This document shows, one piece after another, positions 51,244 to 62,580 of a DNA stretch of 64,000 nt. Both the position numbers and the translations under genes were made by a program. The notes beneath the pieces were generated by a model, which saw nothing but the letters and a program-made list of their open reading frames with translations, was not told where the DNA came from and searched no databases. Source of the stretch: Thiomicrorhabdus sp. (GTDB taxonomy: Bacteria > Pseudomonadota > Gammaproteobacteria > Thiomicrospirales > Thiomicrospiraceae); assembly GCA_015487495.1 (NCBI GenBank), contig WFPP01000106.1, positions 609 through 64,608 of the forward strand. The letters run 5' to 3'. Numbering within the stretch: the first letter of the stretch is position 1; each line of letters begins with the position of its first letter.

Positions 51244-51310
51244 AATCAAGCCACTCTGACAAGCGGTTCAAGCCTGCTTTCAAAGTGTCTGTGCTTAATT
51301 GATGTGGCGT

Positions 51311-51338
51311 ATTATAGAGCGATGAGAGAGGTTGTCAA
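51311..51338 (-). promoter_or_regulatory. Sigma70 stable-RNA promoter of Val/Asp operon
   Basis: TTGACA-16bp-TATAAT then ACGCC discriminator on the minus strand. Confidence 0.9.
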
Positions 51339-51376
51339 TCTAAAAAATGAAGTTTTCTCATTTTTTTTAAAATGAC

Positions 51377-51649
51377 TTAGTTCACCGCTTCTTTAAGGGC
51401 TTTACCCGCTGTAAATTTAGGAACTTTAGCGGCTGGAATTTGCATTTCTGCACCTGTTTGAGGATTGCGACCAGTGCGAGCAGCACGATCACCTACTTTA
51501 AATGTACCAAAACCAATAATGGCAACAGAATCGCCTTTGCTCATTGCACCCGTAATAGCAGAAACGGTCGCGTCCAATGCTTTAGCGGCATCCGCTTTTG
51601 TTAAACCTGCACCTTCTGCAATTGCACTCACTAACTCAGACTTGTTCAT
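51377..51649 (-). CDS. hupB: DNA-binding protein HU
   Basis: [33 protein letters not shown]. Confidence 0.96.
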   Translation of the reverse strand: MNKSELVSAIAEGAGLTKADAAKALDATVSAITGAMSKGDSVAIIGFGTFKVGDRAARTGRNPQTGAEMQIPAAKVPKFTAGKALKEAVN

Positions 51650-51788
51650 TATGTTCTCCGTAAAGTATTAATAATCTCGTGTTTGACCAGTTAATTTTCT
51701 TGTCACCACAATTTGGCCTTAGCATTTATAGCAACCAACCCTAGACAGTGTCAAGAAAAAAACGAATTTAAGGCAAATAATTGTCAAT

Positions 51789-54206
51789 TTAATGGTGATT
51801 TGTTTTATTTTCAGTCTCTTTTTTAGAATCAGGGGATTTAAATACCACTTTTTCAACCGCTTTATCTAAAGGCTTAGGCTGTTTGGTCAATGCCAACTCC
51901 AACACCTCATCTACCCACTGAACAGGGCGAATATCCAGTTGTGACTTCACATCCTCTGGTACATCAGCTAAATCTCGTACATTATCAACAGGAATCAGAA
52001 CCATCTTAATCCCGCCACGTAATGCTGCCAATAACTTCTCTTTTAACCCCCCAATAGGCAGCACTTCGCCTCTTAAGGTAATTTCCCCCGTCATGGCCAC
52101 ATCGGCACACACGGGGATATTGGTTAAAACAGATGTAATTGCCGTACAAATGGCGATTCCGGCACTGGGACCATCTTTTTTTATCGCCCCTTCTGGAAAA
52201 TGCAAATGCAAGTCAAACTCTTCATAAAAATCACGATCTAACCCTAATGCCTCCGAACGACTTCGAATAACACTCATAGCTGTTTGAACCGATTCCTGCA
52301 TTACGCTACCAAGTTGCCCCGTACTGGACAGTTTTCCCTTTCCAGGCATAGCTGTAGCCTCAATTCTTAATAAATCGCCACCTACACGTGTCCAGGCCAG
52401 ACCAGATACTTGCCCAATACGGTTTTCTTTATCCGCCAGACCAATACGGTACCGTGCAACACCTAAATACTCTTCCAGCTCATCAGGAGTGACGGTAATA
52501 CAATCTTTAACCTCATTGGTTACCAGTTTTTTAACGGCTTTTCGACAAATTTTAGCCAACTCTCTTGCCAAAAGACGCACTCCTGCTTCTCGAGTATAGC
52601 ACTGTATAATTTTCTGAATGGCCTCTTTGGAAATACTCAACTCCCCTTTCTTTAAGCCGTGATCTTTTTCGGCTTTAGGTAACAGGTGTTTTTGAGCAAT
52701 ATTAAATTTTTCAGGCTCAGTGTAACCCGATAAATTAATCACCTCCATTCGGTCCAGTAACGCTTCAGGAATATCCATTGAATTAGACGTCGCCACAAAC
52801 ATCACATCAGATAAATCATAATCCACTTCCAGATAATGATCATTAAAGGTTGCATTCTGCTCTGGATCCAGCACTTCAAGTAGCGCAGAAGCGGGATCAC
52901 CTCGCATATCACTCGACATTTTATCGATTTCATCCAATAAAAATAACGGATTTTTAGTGCCTGCTGTTTGCATTTTTTGAATAATTTTACCGGGTAAGGC
53001 ACCAATATAGGTTTTACGATGCCCACGAATCTCGGCTTCATCTCGCACCCCACCTAAAGACATGCGTACATATTTACGGTTGGTCGCCTCGGCAATAGAA
53101 CGTGCCAAAGAAGTTTTTCCCACACCTGGCGGGCCAACCAGACACAAAATAGAGCCTTTCATTTTACGAACACGTTTTTGCACAGCAAGGTATTCAATAA
53201 TGCGCTCTTTTACTTCATCCAACCCATAATGGCGTGCATCCAAATACGCCTGACTTTTATTTAAGTCTTTGGAAATTCGGGTGGTTTTTTTCCAAGGAAT
53301 ATCTAAAAGCCAGTCTAAATAATTACGCACAACGGTCGCTTCTGAAGATTGTGCAGGCATCATTTTTAATTTTTTTAACTCTGCTTCCGCTTTTTCTACT
53401 GCCTGTTTACTCAACCCCCTCTCTTTAATTCGCTGTGCAATTTGATCAAACTCATTCACCGCCGCATCATCACCACCCGCCAACTCACTGTGAATGGCCT
53501 TAATTTTTTCATTTAGATAGTAATCACGTTGTGTTTTATCCATCTGTTTTTTAACGCGTGTGGTAATACGCTGTTCCGATTCTAACAGCTCCAGTTCCGT
53601 TTCAACCATTGCCAACATACGCTCTAAACGCTCACTGATGGAGGTAATCTCCAGCAACGCCTGCTTGTCACTGACATTTAATTTTACATTCGCCGAAATC
53701 AAATCAACCAACCGGTCAGGGTTTTCTTCTTTTTGAACCGAGTTTTTAACTTCTGATGGAATTTTTTTCTTTAATTGAGCAAAGACAGCAAACCGGGTAC
53801 GCAATGTTCGAATCAATGCCTGAATGTCCAACTCATCTTCTTCTACTGATAAAATTTCTTGAATATCACCTAATAAAACAGGCTCATCATGATTTAAGCT
53901 TAAAAGTTTAAATCGCTGCACACCTTCAACCAAAACTTTCACGGTACCATCAGGCAGTTTAAGTAGCTGTAAAATATTGGCCATTGTACCAACATCATAC
54001 AACCCTTCTAACAATGGCAAATCTTGCTCAGCGTTTTTTTGAGTCACTAAAAAAACTTGCTTATTCCCCTTCATTGCTTCATTTAAGGTATGAATTGACT
54101 TTTCTCGTCCCACAAACAAAGGCATAACATTACCTGGAAACACCACAACATCTCTTAATGGAAGCACCAGTACATTCATTTTAATACTCACTTGACTCAT
54201 ATCCAT
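51789..54206 (-). CDS. lon: Lon protease
   Basis: [27 protein letters not shown]-type IKKDGPSAG catalytic Ser, GGLKEK. Confidence 0.98.
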   Translation of the reverse strand: MDMSQVSIKMNVLVLPLRDVVVFPGNVMPLFVGREKSIHTLNEAMKGNKQVFLVTQKNAEQDLPLLEGLYDVGTMANILQLLKLPDGTVKVLVEGVQRFKLLSLNHDEPVLLGDIQEILSVEEDELDIQALIRTLRTRFAVFAQLKKKIPSEVKNSVQKEENPDRLVDLISANVKLNVSDKQALLEITSISERLERMLAMVETELELLESEQRITTRVKKQMDKTQRDYYLNEKIKAIHSELAGGDDAAVNEFDQIAQRIKERGLSKQAVEKAEAELKKLKMMPAQSSEATVVRNYLDWLLDIPWKKTTRISKDLNKSQAYLDARHYGLDEVKERIIEYLAVQKRVRKMKGSILCLVGPPGVGKTSLARSIAEATNRKYVRMSLGGVRDEAEIRGHRKTYIGALPGKIIQKMQTAGTKNPLFLLDEIDKMSSDMRGDPASALLEVLDPEQNATFNDHYLEVDYDLSDVMFVATSNSMDIPEALLDRMEVINLSGYTEPEKFNIAQKHLLPKAEKDHGLKKGELSISKEAIQKIIQCYTREAGVRLLARELAKICRKAVKKLVTNEVKDCITVTPDELEEYLGVARYRIGLADKENRIGQVSGLAWTRVGGDLLRIEATAMPGKGKLSSTGQLGSVMQESVQTAMSVIRSRSEALGLDRDFYEEFDLHLHFPEGAIKKDGPSAGIAICTAITSVLTNIPVCADVAMTGEITLRGEVLPIGGLKEKLLAALRGGIKMVLIPVDNVRDLADVPEDVKSQLDIRPVQWVDEVLELALTKQPKPLDKAVEKVVFKSPDSKKETENKTNHH

Positions 54207-54393
54207 CTCTATCCCCAATTAAGAAATTTTGGCAACCACACAACCAGTGGTTATAAATACAACAACGCCATGTAATCGAATCACTGTCCAGACAACCCCA
54301 CCTTCTAAAGGGATAAGCAGAACAGTCACTTATAAATTTTGTTTTTAAAAAAACCCAGACTCGCTGGGTTTTCAATATATCCTAAGAGGATGA

Positions 54394-54425
54394 TTAAGGA
54401 ACCTCTGATTAAATCGCTTCCTTAA
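54394..54425. repeat. 24-bp IS5-type micro-element at clpX stop
   Basis: TTAA-GGAACCTCTGATTAAATCGCTTCC-TTAA; right flank supplies the clpX TAA. Confidence 0.75.
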
Positions 54426-55672
54426 GCCTTTTTCGACTTACTCTCTTCTTGATACACTAGCAAAGGAGATTTTTTCCCTTGAACCACTGCTCGATTAATA
54501 ACGACCTTTTCAACATTTTTCAAGCTGGGTAGATCGTACATGGAATCTAACAACAATTGTTCCAAAATAGAACGCAACCCACGCGCACCGGTTTTACGTT
54601 CAATCGCTAATCTGGCAATTTCAGACAAGGCATCCTTTCTAAATTGAAGTTCCACCCCTTCCAACTCAAACATCTTCTGAAACTGCTTCACTAACGCATT
54701 CTTAGGTTCGGTTAAAATTTGAATCAGAGCTGCTTCGTCCAACTCTTCCAAAGCGGCTACCATTGGTAAACGCCCAACAAACTCAGGTATCAATCCAAAT
54801 TTAATCAAATCTTCTGGTTCTATTTTCTGAAATTTTTCAGAAATAGACAATTTATTATCCTCCCCTTTTACTTCCGCAGAAAACCCAATTCCAACATTGG
54901 TTTCAATACGCTGATCAATAATTCGATCCAATCCTTCAAAAGCCCCGCCCACAACAAACAAAATTTTAGACGTATCGACCTGAATCATATCTTGATTAGG
55001 GTGTTTACGCCCTCCCTGTGGAGGAACAGATGCCACCGTCCCTTCAATCAATTTCAAAAGAGCTTGCTGAACACCTTCACCTGACACATCGCGTGTAATA
55101 GACGGGTTCTCCGACTTACGGGTAATTTTATCAATTTCATCAATATAAATAATGCCACGCTCTGCTTTTTCTGGGTCATTGTCACAACGTTGTAACAGCT
55201 TTAAAACAATGCTTTCAACGTCTTCACCAACATAACCCGCTTCGGTTAACGTGGTTGCATCGGCAATGGCAAACGGCACATCCAGTAATCGCGCCAGTGT
55301 TTGTGCCAGCAAGGTTTTTCCTGAACCCGTTGGCCCAATCAACAAAATATTACTTTTGGTTAACTCAACATCGTCTTTAACATGCGCCTGTTGTAAACGC
55401 TTATAATGGTTATACACCGCAACGGACAATACTTTTTTAGAACGCTGCTGTCCAATCACATAGTCATCTAAAATGGCATTAATTTCATGTGGCGTTGGCA
55501 GACTTTCGAGTTCAAACGAACTCCTTTCTTCTTCCCCGAACTCTTCACGTAAAATGTCGTTACACAGCTCGACACATTCATCACAAATATAAACAGATGG
55601 GCCTGCAATTAGTTTTCTTACCTCGTCCTGGTCTTTGCCACAAAATGAGCAGTCTAACGATTCGTCACTCAT
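54422..55672 (-). CDS. clpX: ATP-dependent Clp protease ATP-binding subunit
   Basis: CSFCGK zinc finger, [21 protein letters not shown] loop variant [14 protein letters not shown]. Confidence 0.98.
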   Translation of the reverse strand: MSDESLDCSFCGKDQDEVRKLIAGPSVYICDECVELCNDILREEFGEEERSSFELESLPTPHEINAILDDYVIGQQRSKKVLSVAVYNHYKRLQQAHVKDDVELTKSNILLIGPTGSGKTLLAQTLARLLDVPFAIADATTLTEAGYVGEDVESIVLKLLQRCDNDPEKAERGIIYIDEIDKITRKSENPSITRDVSGEGVQQALLKLIEGTVASVPPQGGRKHPNQDMIQVDTSKILFVVGGAFEGLDRIIDQRIETNVGIGFSAEVKGEDNKLSISEKFQKIEPEDLIKFGLIPEFVGRLPMVAALEELDEAALIQILTEPKNALVKQFQKMFELEGVELQFRKDALSEIARLAIERKTGARGLRSILEQLLLDSMYDLPSLKNVEKVVINRAVVQGKKSPLLVYQEESKSKKA

Positions 55673-55683
55673 TACTTTACCCT

Positions 55684-56283
55684 CTATCTATTTTTTAAAA
55701 CGGTATCAATTAACCCATAATCACACGCTTCCTGTGCGCTCATAAAGTTATCACGATCCGTATCCCTTTCGATGGTTTTTAGCGTCTGTCCAGTATGCTC
55801 TGCCAACGCCTTATTTAAACGACCCTTAATTTGCATAATTTCTTGCGCATGAATTTGAATATCACTTGCTTGCCCTTGAAAGCCACCAAGTGGCTGGTGA
55901 ATCATCACTCTTGAATTAGGCAGGGCAAAACGCTTGCCTTTTTCACCCGCTGACAATAAAAACGACCCCATGCTTGCCGCCTGTCCAATACACATTGTAC
56001 TTACATTCGGTTTAATAAAACGCATGGTGTCATAAATAGCCATACCCGCTGTGACACTTCCTCCTGGTGAGTTAATGTATAAATGAATGTCTTTATCAGG
56101 GTTTTCAGATTCTAAAAAAAGCATTTGAGCTACAATTAAGTTCGCCATATGATCTTCAACCTGACCTACCAAAAAAATAACACGCTCTTTTAACAATCTT
56201 GAGTAAATGTCATAAGAACGTTCACCACGGCTTGTTTGTTCAATCACCATTGGCACTAAGGCATTGTGAATCATATTATCCAT
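55684..56283 (-). CDS. clpP: ATP-dependent Clp protease proteolytic subunit
   Basis: [34 protein letters not shown]. Confidence 0.98.
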   Translation of the reverse strand: MDNMIHNALVPMVIEQTSRGERSYDIYSRLLKERVIFLVGQVEDHMANLIVAQMLFLESENPDKDIHLYINSPGGSVTAGMAIYDTMRFIKPNVSTMCIGQAASMGSFLLSAGEKGKRFALPNSRVMIHQPLGGFQGQASDIQIHAQEIMQIKGRLNKALAEHTGQTLKTIERDTDRDNFMSAQEACDYGLIDTVLKNR

Positions 56284-56492
56284 ACTCTTTATTTCATCCT
56301 AATTTAAATTATCTGTCATAACCCAACCACTCATACAAAGGTTACTTTACAGGTACATTTTACACGGAGTTATTCTCACGCAAAAAAAAAACTTAACTCT
56401 AACAACAAATGAAACATTTTTCGTTAGAAATTAAGTTTTATCAAAACTTTTTTAAAACCCTAAACAAACGAGAGTTATTCAAAAATCAACAA

Positions 56493-57803
56493 TTAAGTCG
56501 CAGGAGTAATCACCTCATCAAACTTTTTCGATACTTCCGTTACTTTTGCTTCTGACAAAATATGAGCGGCCACTTTATTTTCAACTAAAATAGCACGAAC
56601 TTCACTTGTTGCTCCAGGACTTTTTGCATACCAATCAATCACTTCGGAAGGGTCTTCATAAGAAGATGCCTGATCTGCAATATAGGCATTCACATCATCG
56701 TCGCTGGCTTCAATATTATTTGCTTTAATAATATCCCCTAGCACCAAGCCCAATTTAACACGATTTTGCGCTTCCTCTTCAAATTGTTCAATGCCCATGG
56801 GAATATCATCAACATTCATCCCTTGTTGTTGCAAGTTTTGCTTGGCGCGATTCATCAGGGTTTTTGCTTCCTGCTCAACCAGTGCTTTTGGTAATGCCAC
56901 CTCCACAGCTTCTTGCAAAGCCTCTAAAACCGCCGCACGATTTTTATTTTCAACTGCACGCTCAAGTTCTTTTTCCATACTGGCTTTAATTTCTTTGGTT
57001 AAAGAAGCTTCCGTTCCATCCTCAACCCCAAATGATGCCACAAACTCTTCGTCAATTTCAGGCAATACTTTCGTCATTACCGAATGAACCGTAATATCAA
57101 AAGTGGCGGTTTTTCCTTTTAGATTCTCCGCGTGATAATCTTCTGGAAAAGTCACTTCAATGACCTTCTCCTCCCCTTTCTTCATACCCACTATCTGATC
57201 TTCAAAACCTGGAATCATTCGGCCTGAGCCCAGTTCTAAAGGAGCATTTTCCGCAGAACCACCATCAAATAATTCACCATCGATTTTACCAACAAAATCA
57301 ATCATCACTTGCTCACCCATCTTGGCTTTTTTATTACCATTGGCTGGTTTCCAGGCCATACGTTGCTCACGTAAACGCGTAATCATGTTTTGAACGTCTT
57401 TATCCGTTACTTCCGCCTTAATGGATTCAATTTCAATTTTGCTAAAATCCGGCAAAGTAATGTCTGGATACACTTCAAAACGTGCTGTAAATTTAACTTC
57501 ACCGTCTGCATCATTTAAGTCTTCAAACATAGGAAAACCAGCAACATTTAACCCTTCTTGATCCACTGCGTCATAAAAGGCTTTTTGTAATACGTCACCC
57601 ATTACTTCTTGTTTAACTTGCCCACCATGACGCTCTTTAACCAATTTTAACGGCACTTTTCCTGGACGAAAACCATCCATTTTAACCGTACGACGAATCT
57701 CGTTTAAGCGTTTATCAACACTTGAATTCAAGTCTCCTGATGGAAACGTGACGGTCATTTTGTGCTCAAGGCCTTGTTCTGGTTTTTCTACAGTTACTTG
57801 CAT
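56493..57803 (-). CDS. tig: Trigger factor
   Basis: GFRPGKVP ribosome-binding motif, FKBP domain MIPGFEDQ. Confidence 0.97.
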   Translation of the reverse strand: MQVTVEKPEQGLEHKMTVTFPSGDLNSSVDKRLNEIRRTVKMDGFRPGKVPLKLVKERHGGQVKQEVMGDVLQKAFYDAVDQEGLNVAGFPMFEDLNDADGEVKFTARFEVYPDITLPDFSKIEIESIKAEVTDKDVQNMITRLREQRMAWKPANGNKKAKMGEQVMIDFVGKIDGELFDGGSAENAPLELGSGRMIPGFEDQIVGMKKGEEKVIEVTFPEDYHAENLKGKTATFDITVHSVMTKVLPEIDEEFVASFGVEDGTEASLTKEIKASMEKELERAVENKNRAAVLEALQEAVEVALPKALVEQEAKTLMNRAKQNLQQQGMNVDDIPMGIEQFEEEAQNRVKLGLVLGDIIKANNIEASDDDVNAYIADQASSYEDPSEVIDWYAKSPGATSEVRAILVENKVAAHILSEAKVTEVSKKFDEVITPAT

Positions 57804-57836
57804 GTTTAAATCTCAAAGTTTATTTGTAAGTAAAAA

Positions 57837-58033
57837 GAGACCCGTGTACAAAAAAGACATGAAAGACATGAACAAGAAAAGAAGAAAGCGGATCTGGTTT
57901 TCATAAAAAACCTTGTGAATAGCCCAATAACTCGCTATTCCCCATCGTTTTTATCCCAACCAGTAAAACGTCCATACCCTCACGAAGAAGTTACGCCTGT
58001 TCGTTTGTCATGCCCTTCTCGTACAAAGGCCTC
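57837..58033 (-). ncRNA. Candidate structured tig 5' leader or MITE-derived element
   Basis: Long closing stem with several G.U pairs only on the minus strand, internal CTGGTT/AACCAG and GAATAGC/GCTATTC stems; TATAAT at ~58088-58093 (minus) upstream. Confidence 0.4.
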
Positions 58034-58209
58034 AAGAATTTATTAGATTTAGCTAAAAGGTAACTTAACTAAAATTTTAGGTTCAGAATTATACTGAGTT
58101 CAGGCTAAAAATAAAAGAAAAACAATCTATATGTTTGAAATAATAAATACAACCTCAGAACAATGTTAAAATTGTGCACCACAATCCTCTTTGTTTTAAG
58201 GAATAACGC

Positions 58210-58413
58210 ATGCCCATTGAAAAAATTATTTTACTTATATCAGGCTCGCTGGTTTTACTAGGCTCAATCTTAACCATCTACCACACAACTGCTTGGGTAT
58301 ATTTAACGGCATTTATTGGTGCCAGTCTCTTATTTGCCGGTTTAACGGGTTTTTGCCCAATGGTTAGAATTTTACGCAAACTCGGAATGAAACACGGCCA
58401 AGCATTTAAATAA
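58210..58413 (+). CDS. DUF2892 (YgaP-like) small membrane protein
   Basis: Two TMs with GLTGFCPM motif; AAGGA RBS. Confidence 0.85.
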   Translation: MPIEKIILLISGSLVLLGSILTIYHTTAWVYLTAFIGASLLFAGLTGFCPMVRILRKLGMKHGQAFK

Positions 58414-58550
58414 AAAATTCTTCCCCCCCCCTATTTCCAATAAAAACCAAGTTAGAGCCAAGGAGGGTAGGAAGCTCTGGTTAAATCCCAATTCAGCCTT
58501 TTCATGGTTTTATCAATCAATGACTTCATTCAAAAAACGAAACAGATCAT

Positions 58551-60452
58551 TTACACTTTACGCTCGGCTTCCAACGCTTCTTGCAGTTCCAACCACTCCA
58601 TTTCATACAATTCAATCTTTTGTTCGCACACCGCCTGTTCTTTTAAACACTTTGCCAAAACGGCTTTATTCTTTGCTTCATAAAGAGAAGCGTCTTCCAT
58701 CATTCGATGATGGTTTCTCTGTTCAGACTGCAATGCCTCTAACTCCCGTTCAACCTTTTTAATGGCCTGATTAATTGGCTTTAAACGAGCCTCCATCTGT
58801 TTTCTTTGTTGTGCACTGGCTTGTCGAGCCTGCTTTTTAGTTTGCCTCTCTTTAGAGGGGATAGCCTCCGAGGCCTGTTCTTTTAATTTTTTAAGTCTCA
58901 CTTGTAAATAAGCATCCAAATCGCCCATAAAACAAGAAACGTCACTGTTATGAACCCACCAGTATTGGTCGGCAATACTCGCCAATAAATGTTTATCATG
59001 CGTCACGATAATCAATGCCCCATCAAACTCTTGCAAGGCCAAATCCAACGCATCTCGCGTATCCATATCCAAATGGTTAGTGGGTTCATCCAAAATAATC
59101 AAATTGGGTTTTTGATATACAATAAGCGCCAGAGCCAAACGCGCTTTCTCTCCCCCTGAAAAGTGCTGAATTGAGTCCAAACACTGCTCATTTGAAAACC
59201 CAAAGCGCCCTAAAAAATTACGCGCCTCCTGATCACTTGGTGGTTCTGACAAGCTTAACAAATGCTGTAAAGGGCTTTTTTCATACATTAATGATTCAAG
59301 TTGATGTTGAGCAAAATAGCCAAACTTTATGCCCCGGCTGATTTGAACCTGACCATTTTTAGGCGCAAGCTCTCCTACCAATAGTTTAATTAAAGTTGAT
59401 TTACCCGACCCATTTCCACCGACCAGCCCAATACGATCCCCCGCTCTTAAGGTTAAATTAACCGAGGTTAAAATCGTATGATCGTGGTATGAAAAATCCA
59501 CCTCTTTTAAAATTAGTACTGGATCAGGTTGATGCAGGGGGGGAGAAAATTGAAAAGTAAACGGATTACTGGCTTGCACGGCAGCCACGTCCTCCATACG
59601 TTCTAACGCTTTTACTCGACTTTGAGCCTGCTTGGCTTTGCTGGCTTTAGCCTTAAAACGCTCAATAAACCCTTTAAGATGTTGCATCTGTTGCTTTTGT
59701 TTTTCGTGTAACGCTTGTTGCTGCATTAACTGCTCATTACGCTGGCATTCAAACGAAGCAAAATTACCTGAATAAAATGTAATTTTTTGATGAACAATAT
59801 GTGCGATGCCCTGCGCAACCTGATCTAAAAAGTCTCGATCATGTGAAATAATTAATACAGCACCACGGTATGACTTGAGCCATTGAATTAACCAGGCCAC
59901 AGCTTCAATGTCCAAATGGTTGGTGGGCTCGTCCAGCAACAGTAAATCCGAACGTTGCATCAGAGCTCTGGCCAACTTTAAACGAACCTGCCAACCCCCT
60001 GAAAATTCAGAAAGTTTCTTTTCAAAATCAGAAGATTCAAACCCCAGTCCATACAATAATTGGCGAGCATTATTTGGAACAGAAAACCCATCAATTTTAT
60101 CCAAAAGATCGTAAGCCTGAACCAAAGTTTCATGATCCTGTGATTTTTCTGATGCTGCAATTAAAGCATGAGATTCAGCGTATTTAGTATCCCCAAAACA
60201 GACATAATCCAAAGCATTCAAGTTTTGTTGCGATACCTCCTGTTCAACACTCCCAATTAACCAGTTCGAAGGAATCGACACCTCTCCTTCATCGATTGGA
60301 ACCTCACCTAAAATGGCTTTAAACAACGTGGTTTTACCCGCACCATTTTGACCAATCAGCCCTACTTTTTTTCCTGGATGAATATTTAAATTCACCTTTT
60401 GAAACAGCAATTTAGTGCCCGCTCTTACCGACAAGTTTTGTAGAGATAACAC
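58551..60452 (-). CDS. ABC-F family ATPase (YheS-like)
   Basis: Two NBDs GQNGAGKT / GGNGSGKS, FSGGWQVR, LDEPTNHLD twice, C-terminal coiled coil, no TM. Confidence 0.93.
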   Translation of the reverse strand: MLSLQNLSVRAGTKLLFQKVNLNIHPGKKVGLIGQNGAGKTTLFKAILGEVPIDEGEVSIPSNWLIGSVEQEVSQQNLNALDYVCFGDTKYAESHALIAASEKSQDHETLVQAYDLLDKIDGFSVPNNARQLLYGLGFESSDFEKKLSEFSGGWQVRLKLARALMQRSDLLLLDEPTNHLDIEAVAWLIQWLKSYRGAVLIISHDRDFLDQVAQGIAHIVHQKITFYSGNFASFECQRNEQLMQQQALHEKQKQQMQHLKGFIERFKAKASKAKQAQSRVKALERMEDVAAVQASNPFTFQFSPPLHQPDPVLILKEVDFSYHDHTILTSVNLTLRAGDRIGLVGGNGSGKSTLIKLLVGELAPKNGQVQISRGIKFGYFAQHQLESLMYEKSPLQHLLSLSEPPSDQEARNFLGRFGFSNEQCLDSIQHFSGGEKARLALALIVYQKPNLIILDEPTNHLDMDTRDALDLALQEFDGALIIVTHDKHLLASIADQYWWVHNSDVSCFMGDLDAYLQVRLKKLKEQASEAIPSKERQTKKQARQASAQQRKQMEARLKPINQAIKKVERELEALQSEQRNHHRMMEDASLYEAKNKAVLAKCLKEQAVCEQKIELYEMEWLELQEALEAERKV

Positions 60453-60480
60453 AAATGGATTTCCTTATCTAATCATACTG

Positions 60481-61215
60481 TCACAAAAAAGACTCAATAT
60501 GGGCACTTTGAACTCTGCCATCAAGTAAACACAATTGTCGATCCATCTTATTGGCTAACGCCAAATCATGCGTCACAATCACCAAAGCAGTATTAAACTC
60601 TTGATTCAGTTCCAACAATAACTCAAACACCTGATCTGCAGAACGGTGATCAAGATTACCTGTTGGCTCATCAGCTAACAAGCATTTGGGTTCGGTAATT
60701 AAAGCACGTGCAATCGCTACCCGCTGGCGCTCCCCACCTGATAGCTCAGTAGGCTTATGATGCATACGGTGCCCCAACCCCACGCGCGTTAACAAGTGTT
60801 CCGATTTTTGCTGTGCCTTTTGAGCAGACATGCGCCTAACTCTTAAAGGCATCATCACATTCTCCAACGCGGTTAATTCAGGCAACAGGTGATGAAATTG
60901 ATACACAAACCCCATAAACTGGTTACGCAACTTACCCCTTACCCCATCTTTTTCACTGGAAAAGGCGCACCCATTTAAAAGCACTTCGCCACTGTCAGGC
61001 GTATCCAGCCCTGCCAAAAGGTGCAACAATGTACTTTTTCCAGACCCTGAAGCACCAATAATAGCCAGTTTTTCACCTGATTTGACTGCCAAATCCACCG
61101 CAGTAAAGACCGTGGTTTCGACCCCTGCTTCTTGAAAACGTTTTGATAAATTGTTTGCCTCTAATACCGTAGTCACGCTGGTGTGACTCAGCAAATCCCG
61201 TTCAGGTTTACTCAT
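60481..61215 (-). CDS. lolD: Lipoprotein-releasing ABC ATPase
   Basis: [37 protein letters not shown]. Confidence 0.95.
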   Translation of the reverse strand: MSKPERDLLSHTSVTTVLEANNLSKRFQEAGVETTVFTAVDLAVKSGEKLAIIGASGSGKSTLLHLLAGLDTPDSGEVLLNGCAFSSEKDGVRGKLRNQFMGFVYQFHHLLPELTALENVMMPLRVRRMSAQKAQQKSEHLLTRVGLGHRMHHKPTELSGGERQRVAIARALITEPKCLLADEPTGNLDHRSADQVFELLLELNQEFNTALVIVTHDLALANKMDRQLCLLDGRVQSAHIESFL

Positions 61216-62458
61216 AACGCAATGCCTCTGCTGGTTGAATTTTGGCCGCTTTTCGGGCTGGATACAACGTTGCCAACAGGGTCAAGACAAACGCTAAACC
61301 GGTCACCGACCACACATCACTCCACTCTACCTTAGACGGTACCCGGCTAATGTAATACACATCAGCAGGAAAGAACTCAATGCCTAACAGGGTTTCAATA
61401 AATGGAATAATCACATCAATATTAAAAGCCAAGCTCAAGCCACCAATAAGCCCCAACAAAGAGCCTAAAGCTCCGATTATCAACCCTTGAATAATAAAAA
61501 CAAGTTGAATACTGGCAGGAGAAGCCCCAATCGTTCGCAAAACGGCAATGTCTCCCTGCTTGTCTGTTACCACCATAACCATAGTAGAAACAATATTAAA
61601 CGTTGCCACCATAATAATTAGGGCCAATACAATAAACATCATGCGTTTTTCCATTTCAATGGCTCTAAAAAAATTGGCATGTTGCTGAGTCCAGTCGCGT
61701 AAATACAATGTTTTTTGTGCCACATTGGCTAACTGCTGCTTCACTCTACCTACCAAAAACATATCATCCAGTTTTAGTTGTAACGCACCAACAGCATGCC
61801 CGTATTTAAAAACTTTTTTAGCATCCTCAATATGGATAATCGCCAATCCACTATCATATTCATGCATTCCAGCCTGAAAAATCCCCACCACCGTAAAACG
61901 CTTAATTCGAGGCACAATACCAACAGGAGAAATACTCCCCTGTGGCGCAATTAATGTTACCTTATCCCCCATATCAACCCCCAAACTGGCCGCCAGTTCA
62001 GCACCCAAAATAATGCGATATTTACGTGCTTCCAAGTCTGACAGTTGACCCGCCAACATTTTGCTATCGATGTCTGCCACACTGTTTTCCAGCTCAGGTA
62101 ACACCCCACGAATGGCCACCCCTTTTACTTCACCTGCATGACTTAACATACCCTGCTCCATAATATTAGGCGCAGCGCCTGTTACGTGAGGCTGATTAAT
62201 CACTTGATGGTAAAGAGTGTTCCAGTCTTCCAGACGATCATGACTTTCATTAATGGTCATGTGTGCCGTCATACCTAAAATACGATCTCGTAACTCTTCT
62301 TGAAAGCCGTTCATGATAGACATAATGGTAATCAACGCCGTAACCCCCAAAGCAATACCAATCATTGAGGAAAATGAAATAAAAGAAATAAATCCATTAC
62401 GCCGTTTAGCACGAGTGTATCGAAGCCCTAAAAAGAGCTCATAAGGAAGTTTAAACAT
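61208..62458 (-). CDS. lolC: Lipoprotein-releasing ABC permease LolC/E (single, LolF-like)
   Basis: GLRYTRAKRRNGFISFIS, MNGFQEEL, EKRMMF, DIAVLRTIGAS, TLYPARKAA. Confidence 0.93.
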   Translation of the reverse strand: MFKLPYELFLGLRYTRAKRRNGFISFISFSSMIGIALGVTALITIMSIMNGFQEELRDRILGMTAHMTINESHDRLEDWNTLYHQVINQPHVTGAAPNIMEQGMLSHAGEVKGVAIRGVLPELENSVADIDSKMLAGQLSDLEARKYRIILGAELAASLGVDMGDKVTLIAPQGSISPVGIVPRIKRFTVVGIFQAGMHEYDSGLAIIHIEDAKKVFKYGHAVGALQLKLDDMFLVGRVKQQLANVAQKTLYLRDWTQQHANFFRAIEMEKRMMFIVLALIIMVATFNIVSTMVMVVTDKQGDIAVLRTIGASPASIQLVFIIQGLIIGALGSLLGLIGGLSLAFNIDVIIPFIETLLGIEFFPADVYYISRVPSKVEWSDVWSVTGLAFVLTLLATLYPARKAAKIQPAEALRYE

Positions 62459-62580
62459 AAAAAAAGTGTACTCTCTTTTAAATTAATCGAGCCCTTTGTA
62501 CAAAACACCAACGCCACAAAAAATAACGGATATTTTCCTGCTTCTCATTCTGTGTCATTCAAAGGTTTTCAGAAATCGAA

